The translations under genes were made by a program, and so were the position numbers. Shown here piece after piece: positions 7,813-15,403 of a stretch of 15,431 nucleotides of DNA. Source of the stretch: Verrucomicrobiales bacterium (lineage in GTDB: Bacteria > Verrucomicrobiota > Verrucomicrobiia > Verrucomicrobiales > DEV007); contig JANQMB010000108.1 in NCBI GenBank assembly GCA_028280355.1, positions 1 to 15,431 on the forward strand. The letters are read 5' to 3'. The notes beneath the pieces were generated by a model that was not told the DNA's origin, searched no databases, and saw only the letters and a list, made by a program, of their open reading frames with translations. Numbering within the stretch: the stretch's first letter is position 1; the number at the start of each line of letters is the position of its first letter.

Positions 7813-8272
7813 CCCGAATCTTCTCCAACGCTTCGACATCAGCCAGGTCCTGTGCCCTGCCCGCATTCCGCTTCATGGCGATGAGGTCGTCCATGCCGAG
7901 CACCCAAACCTTCCTGCCGCCAATCTCGAACTCGACCCTCTGCCCCCATGCCTCACGCATCGCCGGACCGACCTCGAGGAGGTCGAGCATGACGAGCTCT
8001 TCGCGATCGACGCGCGAGATCCGGTGTACGACTTGCTCCTCATCCGAGTTTCTCCTGAAGGTCATTGTGTCCGCCCGGAGTATAAAGCCAGCCGCCCGGG
8101 CAAGTTCTTTCACGCGCGCGACATCGTCGCTCGCGACGAGGAGATCCACGTCCTCCGTGGCGCGAGGGTAGCCGTGGATGGCCACCGCCCACCCCCCGCA
8201 GATCGCATAGTCAACCCCAGCGTCAGACAGGGCATCGACGATCTCGTAGAACGCCTTCCTAACGCGGTTCAT
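7799..8272 (-). CDS. minimal nucleotidyltransferase (Pol-beta superfamily, MNT-like), 157 aa
   Basis: ICGGWAVAIHGYPRATEDVDLLV is a G[GS]-x(9-13)-[DE]-x-[DE] Pol-beta NTase motif, here with Glu/Asp (E-D-V-D) as the putative metal ligands. The C-terminal LGMDDLIAMKRNAGRAQDLADVEAL matches the conserved tail of small MNT-type nucleotidyltransferases. ATG 8270-8272 lies 2 nt after the flotillin stop. Confidence 0.8.
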   Translation of the reverse strand: MNRVRKAFYEIVDALSDAGVDYAICGGWAVAIHGYPRATEDVDLLVASDDVARVKELARAAGFILRADTMTFRRNSDEEQVVHRISRVDREELVMLDLLEVGPAMREAWGQRVEFEIGGRKVWVLGMDDLIAMKRNAGRAQDLADVEALEKIRDGRD

Positions 8273-8274
8273 CG

Positions 8275-10359
8275 CTATGCCCCCAACCCCTTCAGCAACT
8301 CCCCGGCCTTCTCCTCGGCCAGGCCGAAGCGCTCGGCGGCGCCGAGCAGACCCCTGAGCTTGGCGGTGGTCGCCTCGCTGTCGCTGGCGGCGATCATCTG
8401 CCCGAGCAGGGCGCTGACGCTGAGGTTCTTCAGGTCCTCGCTGCTCACTCCGAACTGCTCGATCCAGCTCGCGACCTGCGCCTTGAAGTACTCCGGGTCG
8501 CCGTTGAAGAAGGTGTCCCGCACGTCGCTCAGGGCGCGGCTGTTGTCGATCGTGCGGTCGACCGCCTTGCCGTTGGTGATCGCCTTGGTGATCTTGTCGA
8601 AGAACTCCGACTCGCCACCGACGATGTCGATCTTGGCGCTCTTCAGGGCCTCGCCGACGACCTTCGCCTGCTCGGCGGCGATCTGGCGCTGCACGTCGAT
8701 CTCGGCCAGCTCGACCTGCTTGTCCTTCTCGAGCTCCAGCTTGAACTCCTCGTGGCCCTGGCCGGCCTCCTCGAAGAGCTTCATGGCGGCGGCCTTCTTC
8801 TCGATGCCCTCGGCGTCGGCCTCGAACTTCTGCCTGGCGACGCTGGCCTCGGCCGTCCCCTGCCTCTCGGTGGCGTCGGCCTTGGCCTTGAGGACCTCGG
8901 CCTCGCCCAGGCCTTCGGCGGCGGCCTCTGCGGCGGTGGCGTCGGCGAGCATCTTCTTCGCCGCGGCCTCCTTCTCGGCCGCCTCCTGGGTCGCCTCCGC
9001 CTCGGTGACCACCTCCTGGGCGTGCAGTTCGGAGGCCTGGCGCCCCGCGTCGGCGGCCTTGACCCGCTCGTAGAGCTCCTGGTCGGCCCTCAGCTGGGCG
9101 GCCTCCTTGACCGCCTCCGCCTCCTTGATCTTCTTCACCAGCGCCTCCTGGGCATCCTTCTCGGCCAGCGTGACGGCGACCTGTTTCTCGCGGTCGGCGC
9201 CGGCGAAGGCCTCCGTGTCCAAGATGAGCTGCTGCTCCTCGACCACGGTCTTCTCGACGGCGACCCGCTCCTTGATGACCTCCTGGATGTTGCGCTTCTC
9301 GACCTCGACCTCCTTGTCACGCTCGATGCCCTTCAGGGCGGTGACGCGGTCACGCTCGATGGCCTCGAGCGAGCGATCGCGCTCGACGCGCTCCTTCTCC
9401 ACCGCGTCGGTGCGCTCTCGGTTGCGCGCGGCGACGATGACCTGCCGGTTTTTGTTCTCCTCGGCCACCTGCAGTTCCTCCTCGGTGGAGATGCGCGCCT
9501 GCTCCGACTTGAGCCGCTGCTCCTCCTCGACCTTCTTCGCCTCCGCCCCCTCGCGCGCCTGTACGGCGGCGACCTCGCGGGACTGCTTCGCCTCGGTCTC
9601 CGCGAGCTGCCGCTCCAGTTCCAGGATCGCCTCGCGCGCCTCGACGTCCTGCTGCTTGATCACCTTCTGTTTGTCCCGCTCGATGTCGTTGGTGAGCATC
9701 GCCTGCTCGGCGGTCTGCTTGGTGATCTTCTTGATGCCCTCGGAGTCGAGGATGTTGTCCGGGCTCATCGCCGCCAGGGGCGTCTGCTCGAGGTAGTCGA
9801 TCGAGGCGTCGTCGAGCACGAAACCGTTCAGGTTGGTGCCGATCACCTTGACGATCTCGTCGCGGAAGGTGTCGCGCTCCTCGTAGAGCTCGGTGAAATC
9901 GAAGCGCTTGCCCACCGTCTTCAGCGCCTCGGAGAACTTCGCGTCGAACAGGTGCTCGATCTCCTTGTGGCTCGAGGCGCGGGAGCAGCCGATCGACTGC
10001 GCCACCCGCTTGACGTCCTCGTTGACCGGGTTGACCCGGACGAAGAAGGCCACCTTGATGTCGGCGCGGATGTTGTCCCTGCAGATCAGGCCGTTGCTTC
10101 CGGAGCGGTCGATCTCGATGCGCTTGACCGAGATGTCCATGATCTCCTTGCGGTGGATCACCGGCAGGACCAGCATGCCCGAGAAGGTCACCTTGGTCTC
10201 GCCCATCCCCGTGCGCACCAGCGCGCGCCCCTGCTCCACCTTCACGAAGCACTTCAGGACGACGATGACCACCAGCACCAGGACGGCCACCGCTGCCGCG
10301 ATGACGATGCCGACGATGTTCTGTAGAAAGTTCGCTAGGGTTGGGTCGATGGCTGTCAT
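8275..10359 (-). CDS. flotillin-family protein (SPFH/band-7 domain plus extended E/K/A-rich coiled coil), YqiK/FloT-like, 694 aa
   Basis: N-terminal TM helix IVGIVIAAAVAVLVLVVIVVL. The SPFH core (~aa 40-230) includes EQGRALVRTGMG...TFSGMLVLPVIHRKEIMDISVKRIEID...IRADIKVAFFVRVNP. A very long heptad-like E/K/A/Q-rich region follows, then a conserved flotillin C-terminus. ATG complement 10357-10359 is preceded by a GAGGAGA Shine-Dalgarno. Its start overlaps the stop of the upstream gene as ATGA. Confidence 0.9.
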   Translation of the reverse strand: MTAIDPTLANFLQNIVGIVIAAAVAVLVLVVIVVLKCFVKVEQGRALVRTGMGETKVTFSGMLVLPVIHRKEIMDISVKRIEIDRSGSNGLICRDNIRADIKVAFFVRVNPVNEDVKRVAQSIGCSRASSHKEIEHLFDAKFSEALKTVGKRFDFTELYEERDTFRDEIVKVIGTNLNGFVLDDASIDYLEQTPLAAMSPDNILDSEGIKKITKQTAEQAMLTNDIERDKQKVIKQQDVEAREAILELERQLAETEAKQSREVAAVQAREGAEAKKVEEEQRLKSEQARISTEEELQVAEENKNRQVIVAARNRERTDAVEKERVERDRSLEAIERDRVTALKGIERDKEVEVEKRNIQEVIKERVAVEKTVVEEQQLILDTEAFAGADREKQVAVTLAEKDAQEALVKKIKEAEAVKEAAQLRADQELYERVKAADAGRQASELHAQEVVTEAEATQEAAEKEAAAKKMLADATAAEAAAEGLGEAEVLKAKADATERQGTAEASVARQKFEADAEGIEKKAAAMKLFEEAGQGHEEFKLELEKDKQVELAEIDVQRQIAAEQAKVVGEALKSAKIDIVGGESEFFDKITKAITNGKAVDRTIDNSRALSDVRDTFFNGDPEYFKAQVASWIEQFGVSSEDLKNLSVSALLGQMIAASDSEATTAKLRGLLGAAERFGLAEEKAGELLKGLGA

Positions 10360-11096
10360 TGTATCTCCTCTGTCTTTATGGGTTCCGTTTTACGGATGGT
10401 GTAAATCTGTGTGCCCTCCTCGTGGTCGATGACCATCACCTCGTCGCCGCGCGAAAGCGGCCCGGCGCCCCCGGCGACCCGCGCCTGCAACAACAGCGGC
10501 GAGCCGTCGATATCGACCTCCACCTGCCCGTAGCTCTCCGTCACCTCGCCCGTCTTGACGACGCCGACGCAACCCACCACCTTGACCTCCTCGCGGGCGC
10601 CGCGTCTAAGACCGCGCATCAGCGGTTTCATCGGGCTGGTGACGATCCGGGTGAGGGTGGCGCTGGTGATGAAATTCCCGACCAGCAGCCCCGCGGCCAG
10701 GACGAAACCGCCGCCGGGGTTGAGGTAGTAGTTGGCGATCATCGATGTCCCCCACATGAGCAGCGACATCATGCTGATCACCAGCGTCAGCGGCACCTCG
10801 CCCGCGTTGACAAACTTGAGGACGGCCACCCCGAGGTCGCCGAGCCCGCCACCGCTGTGCGCGCCGTGGAGGTCGTGGCCGGACGAGTGGTCGCCATCAG
10901 CGTGGGCGTCGACGTGGGCATCGACGTGGGCGTCCACATCGATGGCCACGTCCATGTCCCCGTCCAGGTCGACGTCGAGGCCCTCGTGGTGTGCGAGGCC
11001 GACCGCCACCATCAGCCAGTAGAGGCCGACGAGGCAGAGCAGCACGGTGAGCGGCAGGTTGTGCCAGACCAGGGCTTCTTGGACAATCTCTCCCAT
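10356..11096 (-). CDS. NfeD-like / YqiJ-like (DUF1449-type) membrane protein with C-terminal OB-fold beta domain, 246 aa
   Basis: N-terminal TM helix LTVLLCLVGLYWLMVAVGLA. An acidic His/Asp-rich loop follows. Two more hydrophobic helices are LGVAVLKFVNAGEVPLTLVISMMSLLMWG and GGFVLAAGLLVGNFITSATL. The C-terminal beta-rich segment VKVVGCVGVVKTGEVTESYGQVEVDIDGSPLLLQARV...GDEVMVIDHEEGTQIYTI is typical of the NfeD OB-fold. It sits upstream of the flotillin gene, the canonical NfeD-flotillin (yqiJ-yqiK) arrangement. Confidence 0.8.
   Translation of the reverse strand: MGEIVQEALVWHNLPLTVLLCLVGLYWLMVAVGLAHHEGLDVDLDGDMDVAIDVDAHVDAHVDAHADGDHSSGHDLHGAHSGGGLGDLGVAVLKFVNAGEVPLTLVISMMSLLMWGTSMIANYYLNPGGGFVLAAGLLVGNFITSATLTRIVTSPMKPLMRGLRRGAREEVKVVGCVGVVKTGEVTESYGQVEVDIDGSPLLLQARVAGGAGPLSRGDEVMVIDHEEGTQIYTIRKTEPIKTEEIQ
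10899..10934 (-). repeat. tandem 12-nt coding repeat (3 units) encoding (D-A-H-V/A)3 inside the His/Asp-rich loop (~10842-10991) of the NfeD-like protein
   Basis: Plus-strand units agcgtgggcgtc / gacgtgggcatc / gacgtgggcgtc run in tandem. The minus-strand frame translates them as DAHVDAHVDAHA. The antisense plus frame shows WASTWASTWAST in track ORF 10732..11022. Confidence 0.7.
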
Positions 11097-11228
11097 TGCA
11101 GTTTCAGATCACGTCCCCAGAGGTTGGGGGCGATGCGGTGTGGCGGTCAAGCCCGCCACCACCACCCCCTCTGCCCCGGAGACTTTCTCTACGCCGTGAA
11201 AATTAGGTGGCCAGCCGCCCCATGCCTA

Positions 11229-11253
11229 TTATAAAGGGGTTGTGCGTTTATAA
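11229..11253. promoter_or_regulatory. pair of palindromic TTATAA hexamers (centres ~19 bp apart) in the divergent intergenic region between the NfeD-flotillin operon and the HTH regulator gene; candidate operator / -10 elements
   Basis: ttataaa ggggttgtgcg tttataa. These are the only AT-rich islands in an otherwise GC-rich 185-bp intergenic region (11097-11281). They lie 30-50 bp upstream of the regulator start codon. Confidence 0.3.
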
Positions 11254-11281
11254 CCGCGCTCCGCCCCAACCCGCATACCGG

Positions 11282-11743
11282 ATGGAATCCCACGAAGTCA
11301 TCAAGAACGCCTGCGAGAAATGTAGCCCGAAGGAGGTCGCCGCAGAGCTCGGCGTGTCCCTCTCGCTCGTCTACAAGTGGGCGCAGCCCAACACCGAGCT
11401 CGGCAGCGGCAGCCGGAACCCCCTCGACCGGGTGCTCGAGCTGGTCCGCATCACCCGCGACCCGAGGATCATCGAGTGGGTCTGCGAGCAGGCCGGCGGC
11501 TACTTCGTCCGCAACCCGAAAAGCTCCTGTGAGGAGGGATACGAGGTCATGCCGGCGACCACCCAGATCGTCGAGCAGTTCGGTGCGCTGTTGGCCGAGA
11601 TCAGCAAGGCCGCGCAGGACAACTCCATCACCGACGAGGAGTCGTCGCAAATCCGCAAGGTCTGGGATGCGCTGAAGTCATACACCGAGGGCTTCGTCAA
11701 CTGCTGCGAGGAGGGCGACTTCACCAAGATCCGCAACCCGTAG
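11282..11743 (+). CDS. helix-turn-helix DNA-binding protein, phage lambda CII-like HTH (…[21 protein letters not shown]…), 153 aa, putative transcriptional regulator
   Basis: Internal ATG of track ORF 11207..11743. The upstream extension from GTG 11207 is AT3-rich and spans the TTATAA boxes, so I reject it. The HTH segment resembles the CII motif (AE.[LV]GV..S.[IV]S.WK.). GC3 is high throughout from 11282. It is transcribed divergently from the flotillin operon and ends 11 nt before the SDR gene. Confidence 0.7.
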   Translation: MESHEVIKNACEKCSPKEVAAELGVSLSLVYKWAQPNTELGSGSRNPLDRVLELVRITRDPRIIEWVCEQAGGYFVRNPKSSCEEGYEVMPATTQIVEQFGALLAEISKAAQDNSITDEESSQIRKVWDALKSYTEGFVNCCEEGDFTKIRNP

Positions 11744-11754
11744 GCGGGGGGACG

Positions 11755-12498
11755 ATGCGCAGGCTAGCGGGGAAAAGGGCTGCCGTCACCGGCGGCGGCT
11801 CGGGCATCGGCCGGGCGATCTGCGAACGCTTCGCCGAAGAGGGAGCGGAGGTACAGGTCCTCGACCGGGACGCCGGCGCCGGGGCGGAGGTCGCCGCGGC
11901 GGTGGGCGGGGGCTACCACCGCTGTGATGTCTCCGACGGAGCATCGGTGGCCAACGCGTTCGCCGGGCTCGCCCCGGACATCCTCGTCACCAGCGCCGCC
12001 ATCGCCCACGTCGGGTCCCTGGAAACGACACGGCCGGGAGATTTCGACCGCGTGATGGCCGTCAACGTCCGGGGGGTCTACCTCTGCATGCAGGCCGCGC
12101 TACCGGGGATGCTGGAGCGCGGGGGCGGCGCGATCTTGAACCTCGCCTCGGTGGTCTCCAAAGTCGGGATCCCCGACCGCTTCGCCTACTCCACCAGCAA
12201 GGGCGCGGTGCTCGCGATGACCCTGTCCGTCGCCCGCGACTACGTCGGCCGCGGCGTCCGCTGTAACTGCCTCTGCCCCGCACGTGTGCATACCCCCTTC
12301 GTGGACAACTACCTAAAGGAGAGCTACCCCGGGCGGGAGGCGGAGGTGTTCGCGGAACTCGAGGCCTCGCAGCCGATCGGCCGGATGGCGGAGCCCGGGG
12401 AGATCGCGTCCCTCGCCGCCTACCTGTGCTCGGGGGAGGCCAGCTTCGTCACCGGCGCCGCCTTCGACATCGACGGGGGCTTCACCAGGCTGCGCTAA
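11755..12498 (+). CDS. SDR family NAD(P)-dependent oxidoreductase (classical short-chain dehydrogenase), 247 aa
   Basis: TGGGSGIG cofactor motif at the N-terminus. Catalytic S (LASVVSKVG) and YSTSK (Y-x3-K). A PG-type motif, [15 protein letters not shown]-like Shine-Dalgarno 3-4 nt before the ATG. Confidence 0.9.
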   Translation: MRRLAGKRAAVTGGGSGIGRAICERFAEEGAEVQVLDRDAGAGAEVAAAVGGGYHRCDVSDGASVANAFAGLAPDILVTSAAIAHVGSLETTRPGDFDRVMAVNVRGVYLCMQAALPGMLERGGGAILNLASVVSKVGIPDRFAYSTSKGAVLAMTLSVARDYVGRGVRCNCLCPARVHTPFVDNYLKESYPGREAEVFAELEASQPIGRMAEPGEIASLAAYLCSGEASFVTGAAFDIDGGFTRLR

Positions 12499-12519
12499 CA
12501 GACCCTCCCAGACAGAGAG

Positions 12520-13383
12520 ATGAAACTGATACGATACGGACCGGCGGGCGACGAGCGACCGGGGCTGTTGCTCGACGATGGGCGGAGGGTCGACGCCTCC
12601 GCCGTGGCGCGGGACTACGACGAGGCGTTTTTCGGCGGCGGCGGCCTGCGGGAGCTGGCCGGCTGGGCCGCCGGGGACGCGGGCTCCGCCCCGGAGGTCC
12701 CCGCCGACGCCCGCCTGGGCGCCCCGGTCGCGCGCCCCAGCAAACTGCTGTGCATCGGGCTCAACTTCAGCGACCACGCCGCCGAGACCGGCGCCGACCT
12801 GCCCGCCGAACCCGTCCTGTTCAGCAAGGCGACCTCCTCATACAGCGGCCCGAACGACGACATCGTCATCCCGAAGAACAGCACCCAGACCGACTGGGAG
12901 GTCGAGATCGCCGTGGTGATCGGCAGGCGCGCCAGCTACGTGAGCGAGGGGGAGGCGGCGGAGCACATCGCCGGATACGTGTTGCACAACGACGTCAGCG
13001 AACGCTCCTTCCAGAAAGACCGGGGCGGCCAGTGGGTCAAGGGCAAGAGCGCCGACACCTTCGCCCCGCTCGGCCCCTTCATGGCCACGCCCGACGAGGT
13101 CCCGGACGTCGATGCCCTCCCCATGTGGCTCAAGGTCAACGGCGAGACCATGCAGGACGGCAACACTTCCAACCTCATCTTCAAGATCCCGTTCATCGTC
13201 AGCTACCTCAGCCAGTTCATGTCGCTGCTACCCGGGGACATCATCTCGACAGGCACACCCGCGGGGGTCGGCATGGGGATGGACCCGCCGCGCTACCTCC
13301 GCCCCGGCGACATCGTGGAACTCGGCATCGGGGGGCTCGGGAGCGCCCGGCAGAAGGTCACCGCATACGATAACTCGCGTTGA
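12520..13383 (+). CDS. fumarylacetoacetate hydrolase (FAH) family protein (2-keto-4-pentenoate hydratase / 2,4-diketo-3-deoxy-acid hydrolase-like), 287 aa
   Basis: Starts MKLIRYG. LLCIGLNFSDHAAE, KNSTQTDWEVEIAVVIG, GYVLHNDVSER and PGDIISTGTPAGVG are the conserved FAH-fold metal and substrate motifs. Confidence 0.9.
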   Translation: MKLIRYGPAGDERPGLLLDDGRRVDASAVARDYDEAFFGGGGLRELAGWAAGDAGSAPEVPADARLGAPVARPSKLLCIGLNFSDHAAETGADLPAEPVLFSKATSSYSGPNDDIVIPKNSTQTDWEVEIAVVIGRRASYVSEGEAAEHIAGYVLHNDVSERSFQKDRGGQWVKGKSADTFAPLGPFMATPDEVPDVDALPMWLKVNGETMQDGNTSNLIFKIPFIVSYLSQFMSLLPGDIISTGTPAGVGMGMDPPRYLRPGDIVELGIGGLGSARQKVTAYDNSR

Positions 13384-13415
13384 CCGGAGGACATGTTGAC
13401 CTAAGAACACCGACA

Positions 13416-14192
13416 ATGGACCTACAGCTACAGGACAAGATCGTGCTCGTCACCGGGGGGGCGAAAGGCATCGGCGAGGCGATCGTCCGCGCCTTCGCGG
13501 AGGAGGGCGCGACCCCGGTCATCCTCGGCCGCAACCCGGAGGAGGCGCAGGGTCTCATCGGCGCCCTCGGCCGCGGGCACTCCTTCCACGCGGAGCTGAC
13601 CGACGTCGGGCAGATCGAGTCGGCGGTCGCCGCGGTCCGCGACGAGGTCGGGCCGGTCGACGTCCTGGTGAACAACGCCGGGGTCAACGACGGGGTCGCG
13701 ATCGGCGCGACGGCGGCGGAGTTCGTCGCCTCGCTGGAGCGCAACCTCGTCCACCCCTTCGTGCTGGCGGGCCTCCTGCTCGACGACCTCAAGGCGGCGC
13801 GGGGCAGCATCGTCAACATCGGCCCCAAGGTCGCCGAGACCGGGCAGGGCGGAACCTCCGGGTACGCCGCCGCCAAGGGCGCCATGAACGCCCTGACCCG
13901 CGAGTGGGCCATCGACCTGGCCGCCCATGGCGTGCGTGTCAACTGCGTCGCGCCGGCCGAGGTCATGACGCCGCTCTACGAGAACTGGCTGGCGAAGCGG
14001 CCAGACCCGGCCGCCGCCAGGGCGGAGATCGAATCGACCATCCCGCTCGGGGGGCGCTTCACCGAGGCGGCGGAGATCGCCGACCTGGTGGTGTTTCTCG
14101 CCTCGGGGCGCTCCGGCCACACCACCGGACAGATCATGTACCCCGACGGCGGCTACACCCACCTCGACCGCGCCTACGCCCACGACCCGTGA
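13416..14192 (+). CDS. SDR family oxidoreductase (2-keto-3-deoxy-sugar-acid dehydrogenase-like), 258 aa
   Basis: [24 protein letters not shown] is a canonical SDR N-terminus. The catalytic triad is visible as a Ser in [10 protein letters not shown], then YAAAKGA (Y-x3-K). I prefer the ATG at 13416 to the TTG at 13380, which overlaps the FAH stop, because SDR N-termini start 6-8 residues before the TGG motif. Confidence 0.85.
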   Translation: MDLQLQDKIVLVTGGAKGIGEAIVRAFAEEGATPVILGRNPEEAQGLIGALGRGHSFHAELTDVGQIESAVAAVRDEVGPVDVLVNNAGVNDGVAIGATAAEFVASLERNLVHPFVLAGLLLDDLKAARGSIVNIGPKVAETGQGGTSGYAAAKGAMNALTREWAIDLAAHGVRVNCVAPAEVMTPLYENWLAKRPDPAAARAEIESTIPLGGRFTEAAEIADLVVFLASGRSGHTTGQIMYPDGGYTHLDRAYAHDP

Positions 14193-15379
14193 TCGAGCGC
14201 ACGGACACGCTGGTGATCGGGGGTGGGATCGTCGGCCTGGCCACCGCCTACCACCTCACGCGCGGGCGCCGCCGGCGCGCCGTCACGGTCATCGAGAAGG
14301 AGCCGGACATCGCTGCCCACCAGACCGGCAACAACTCCGGCGTCCTCCATTCGGGCATCTATTACAAACCCGGCTCGCTCAAGGCGATCAACTGCCGCGA
14401 GGGCAAGAGGGCGATGGAGCGCTTCTGCCGCGAGGAGGGGATCGAATACGAGATATGTGGCAAGGTCATCGTCGCCACCGGGGAGGACGAGCTCCCCGCC
14501 ATGCGGCGGATCTTCGAACGCGGCCAGGCAAACGGGGTCGCCTGCCGGATCATCGACCGCGCCGAGCTGTCCGACCTCGAACCGCACGCCGCGGGCGTCG
14601 CCGCCATCCATGTCCCCGAGGCGGGCATCGTCGACTACCGCCAGGTCTGCGCCCGGCTCGCCGAGAAGATCGAGGCAGAGGGTGGGCAGATCCTGAGGGG
14701 TGAGGAGGCCCAGTTCATCACCCCGGCGGGGGACCTGGTCTCGGTGCAGACCCGGTCGGGCAGAGAGTTCGCCGCCTCCCACGTGGTCAACTGCGCCGGC
14801 CTCTACTCCGACCGCATCGCAGACAGGGGGGGCTCCAGGCCACCGCTGAAGATCGTCCCCTTCCGCGGCGAGTACTACGAGCTCAAGGAGGGCGCCCGCC
14901 GGCTGGTGCGAAACCTCATCTACCCCGTCCCCGACCCCAGCTTCCCCTTCCTCGGCGTCCACTTCACGCGCATGATCGGCGGCGGCGTCGAATGCGGGCC
15001 GAACGCGGTGCTGGCCTTCGCCCGCGAGGGCTACAGCAAGTTCAAGATCAACCCCGCCGACCTGATCGAGTCGCTGACCTACCCCGGCTTCCTCAAGCTC
15101 GCCGCCAGATACTGGCGCACCGGCGCCGGCGAGATGTGGCGCTCGGTGAGCAAGCGCGCCTTCGTCAGGGCGCTGTCGAAGCTGGTCCCGGAGATCCACC
15201 CAGGCCACCTCGTGCCCGCCGCCGCCGGCGTGCGCGCGCAGGCGGTGGGCGCCGACGGCTCGATGGTCGACGACTTCTTCATCACCAGGAACGGGCGCGT
15301 CCTCAACGTCTGCAACGCCCCGTCCCCCGCGGCGACCGCGTCGCTCAACATCGGCAAGCTGATCGGCGAGAACCTGTAG
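14189..15379 (+). CDS. FAD-dependent L-2-hydroxyacid oxidase/dehydrogenase of the LhgO (L-2-hydroxyglutarate oxidase) family, ~396 aa
   Basis: GTG start overlaps the SDR stop as [19 protein letters not shown] is the FAD-binding GxGxxG motif. [23 protein letters not shown] matches the LhgO/YgaF signature (HQTG.NSGV.H.G.YY.PGSLKA). The ORF extends to TAG 15377-15379. Confidence 0.85.
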   Translation: MIERTDTLVIGGGIVGLATAYHLTRGRRRRAVTVIEKEPDIAAHQTGNNSGVLHSGIYYKPGSLKAINCREGKRAMERFCREEGIEYEICGKVIVATGEDELPAMRRIFERGQANGVACRIIDRAELSDLEPHAAGVAAIHVPEAGIVDYRQVCARLAEKIEAEGGQILRGEEAQFITPAGDLVSVQTRSGREFAASHVVNCAGLYSDRIADRGGSRPPLKIVPFRGEYYELKEGARRLVRNLIYPVPDPSFPFLGVHFTRMIGGGVECGPNAVLAFAREGYSKFKINPADLIESLTYPGFLKLAARYWRTGAGEMWRSVSKRAFVRALSKLVPEIHPGHLVPAAAGVRAQAVGADGSMVDDFFITRNGRVLNVCNAPSPAATASLNIGKLIGENL

Positions 15380-15389
15380 CGGGCCGGGG

Positions 15390-15403
15390 CGGGGAATTCC
15401 CCC
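15390..15403. terminator. perfect 14-bp palindrome cggggaattccccg, 11 nt after the LhgO-like stop codon; possible terminator hairpin or protein-binding palindrome
   Basis: Seen directly. The revcomp is identical. It can form a 5-bp GC stem with an AATT loop. There is no clear downstream U-tract, so its terminator function is uncertain. Confidence 0.25.

Noticed and set aside
8752-10326. 524-aa plus-strand ORF, plus the 9350..10252 minus ORF and the 9107..9796 plus ORF, inside the flotillin gene
   Set aside because: They are antisense or alternative-frame shadows of the GAG/AAG/GCC-rich coiled-coil coding region. Their translations are Leu/Gly/Asp/Arg-rich nonsense.
10732-11022. Plus-strand ORF with the WASTWASTWAST repeat
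   Set aside because: It is the antisense reading of the (DAHV)n tandem repeat in the NfeD-like gene. The minus-strand frame has the coherent TM plus OB-fold architecture.
11207-11281. N-terminal extension of the HTH regulator ORF from GTG 11207
   Set aside because: The extension has AT-rich third positions and runs through the TTATAA boxes. The coding-like signal begins at ATG 11282.
12426-13373. 315-aa plus-strand ORF 12426..13373 and nearby alternative-frame ORFs over the FAH gene
   Set aside because: Arg/Pro/Gly-rich nonsense in an alternative frame. The 12520..13383 frame carries all the FAH-family motifs.
13380-13415. TTG start at 13380 for the second SDR, overlapping the FAH stop codon
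   Set aside because: SDR proteins start a few residues before the TGGxxGIG motif. [15 protein letters not shown] from ATG 13416 is canonical. The extension [12 protein letters not shown] has no support.
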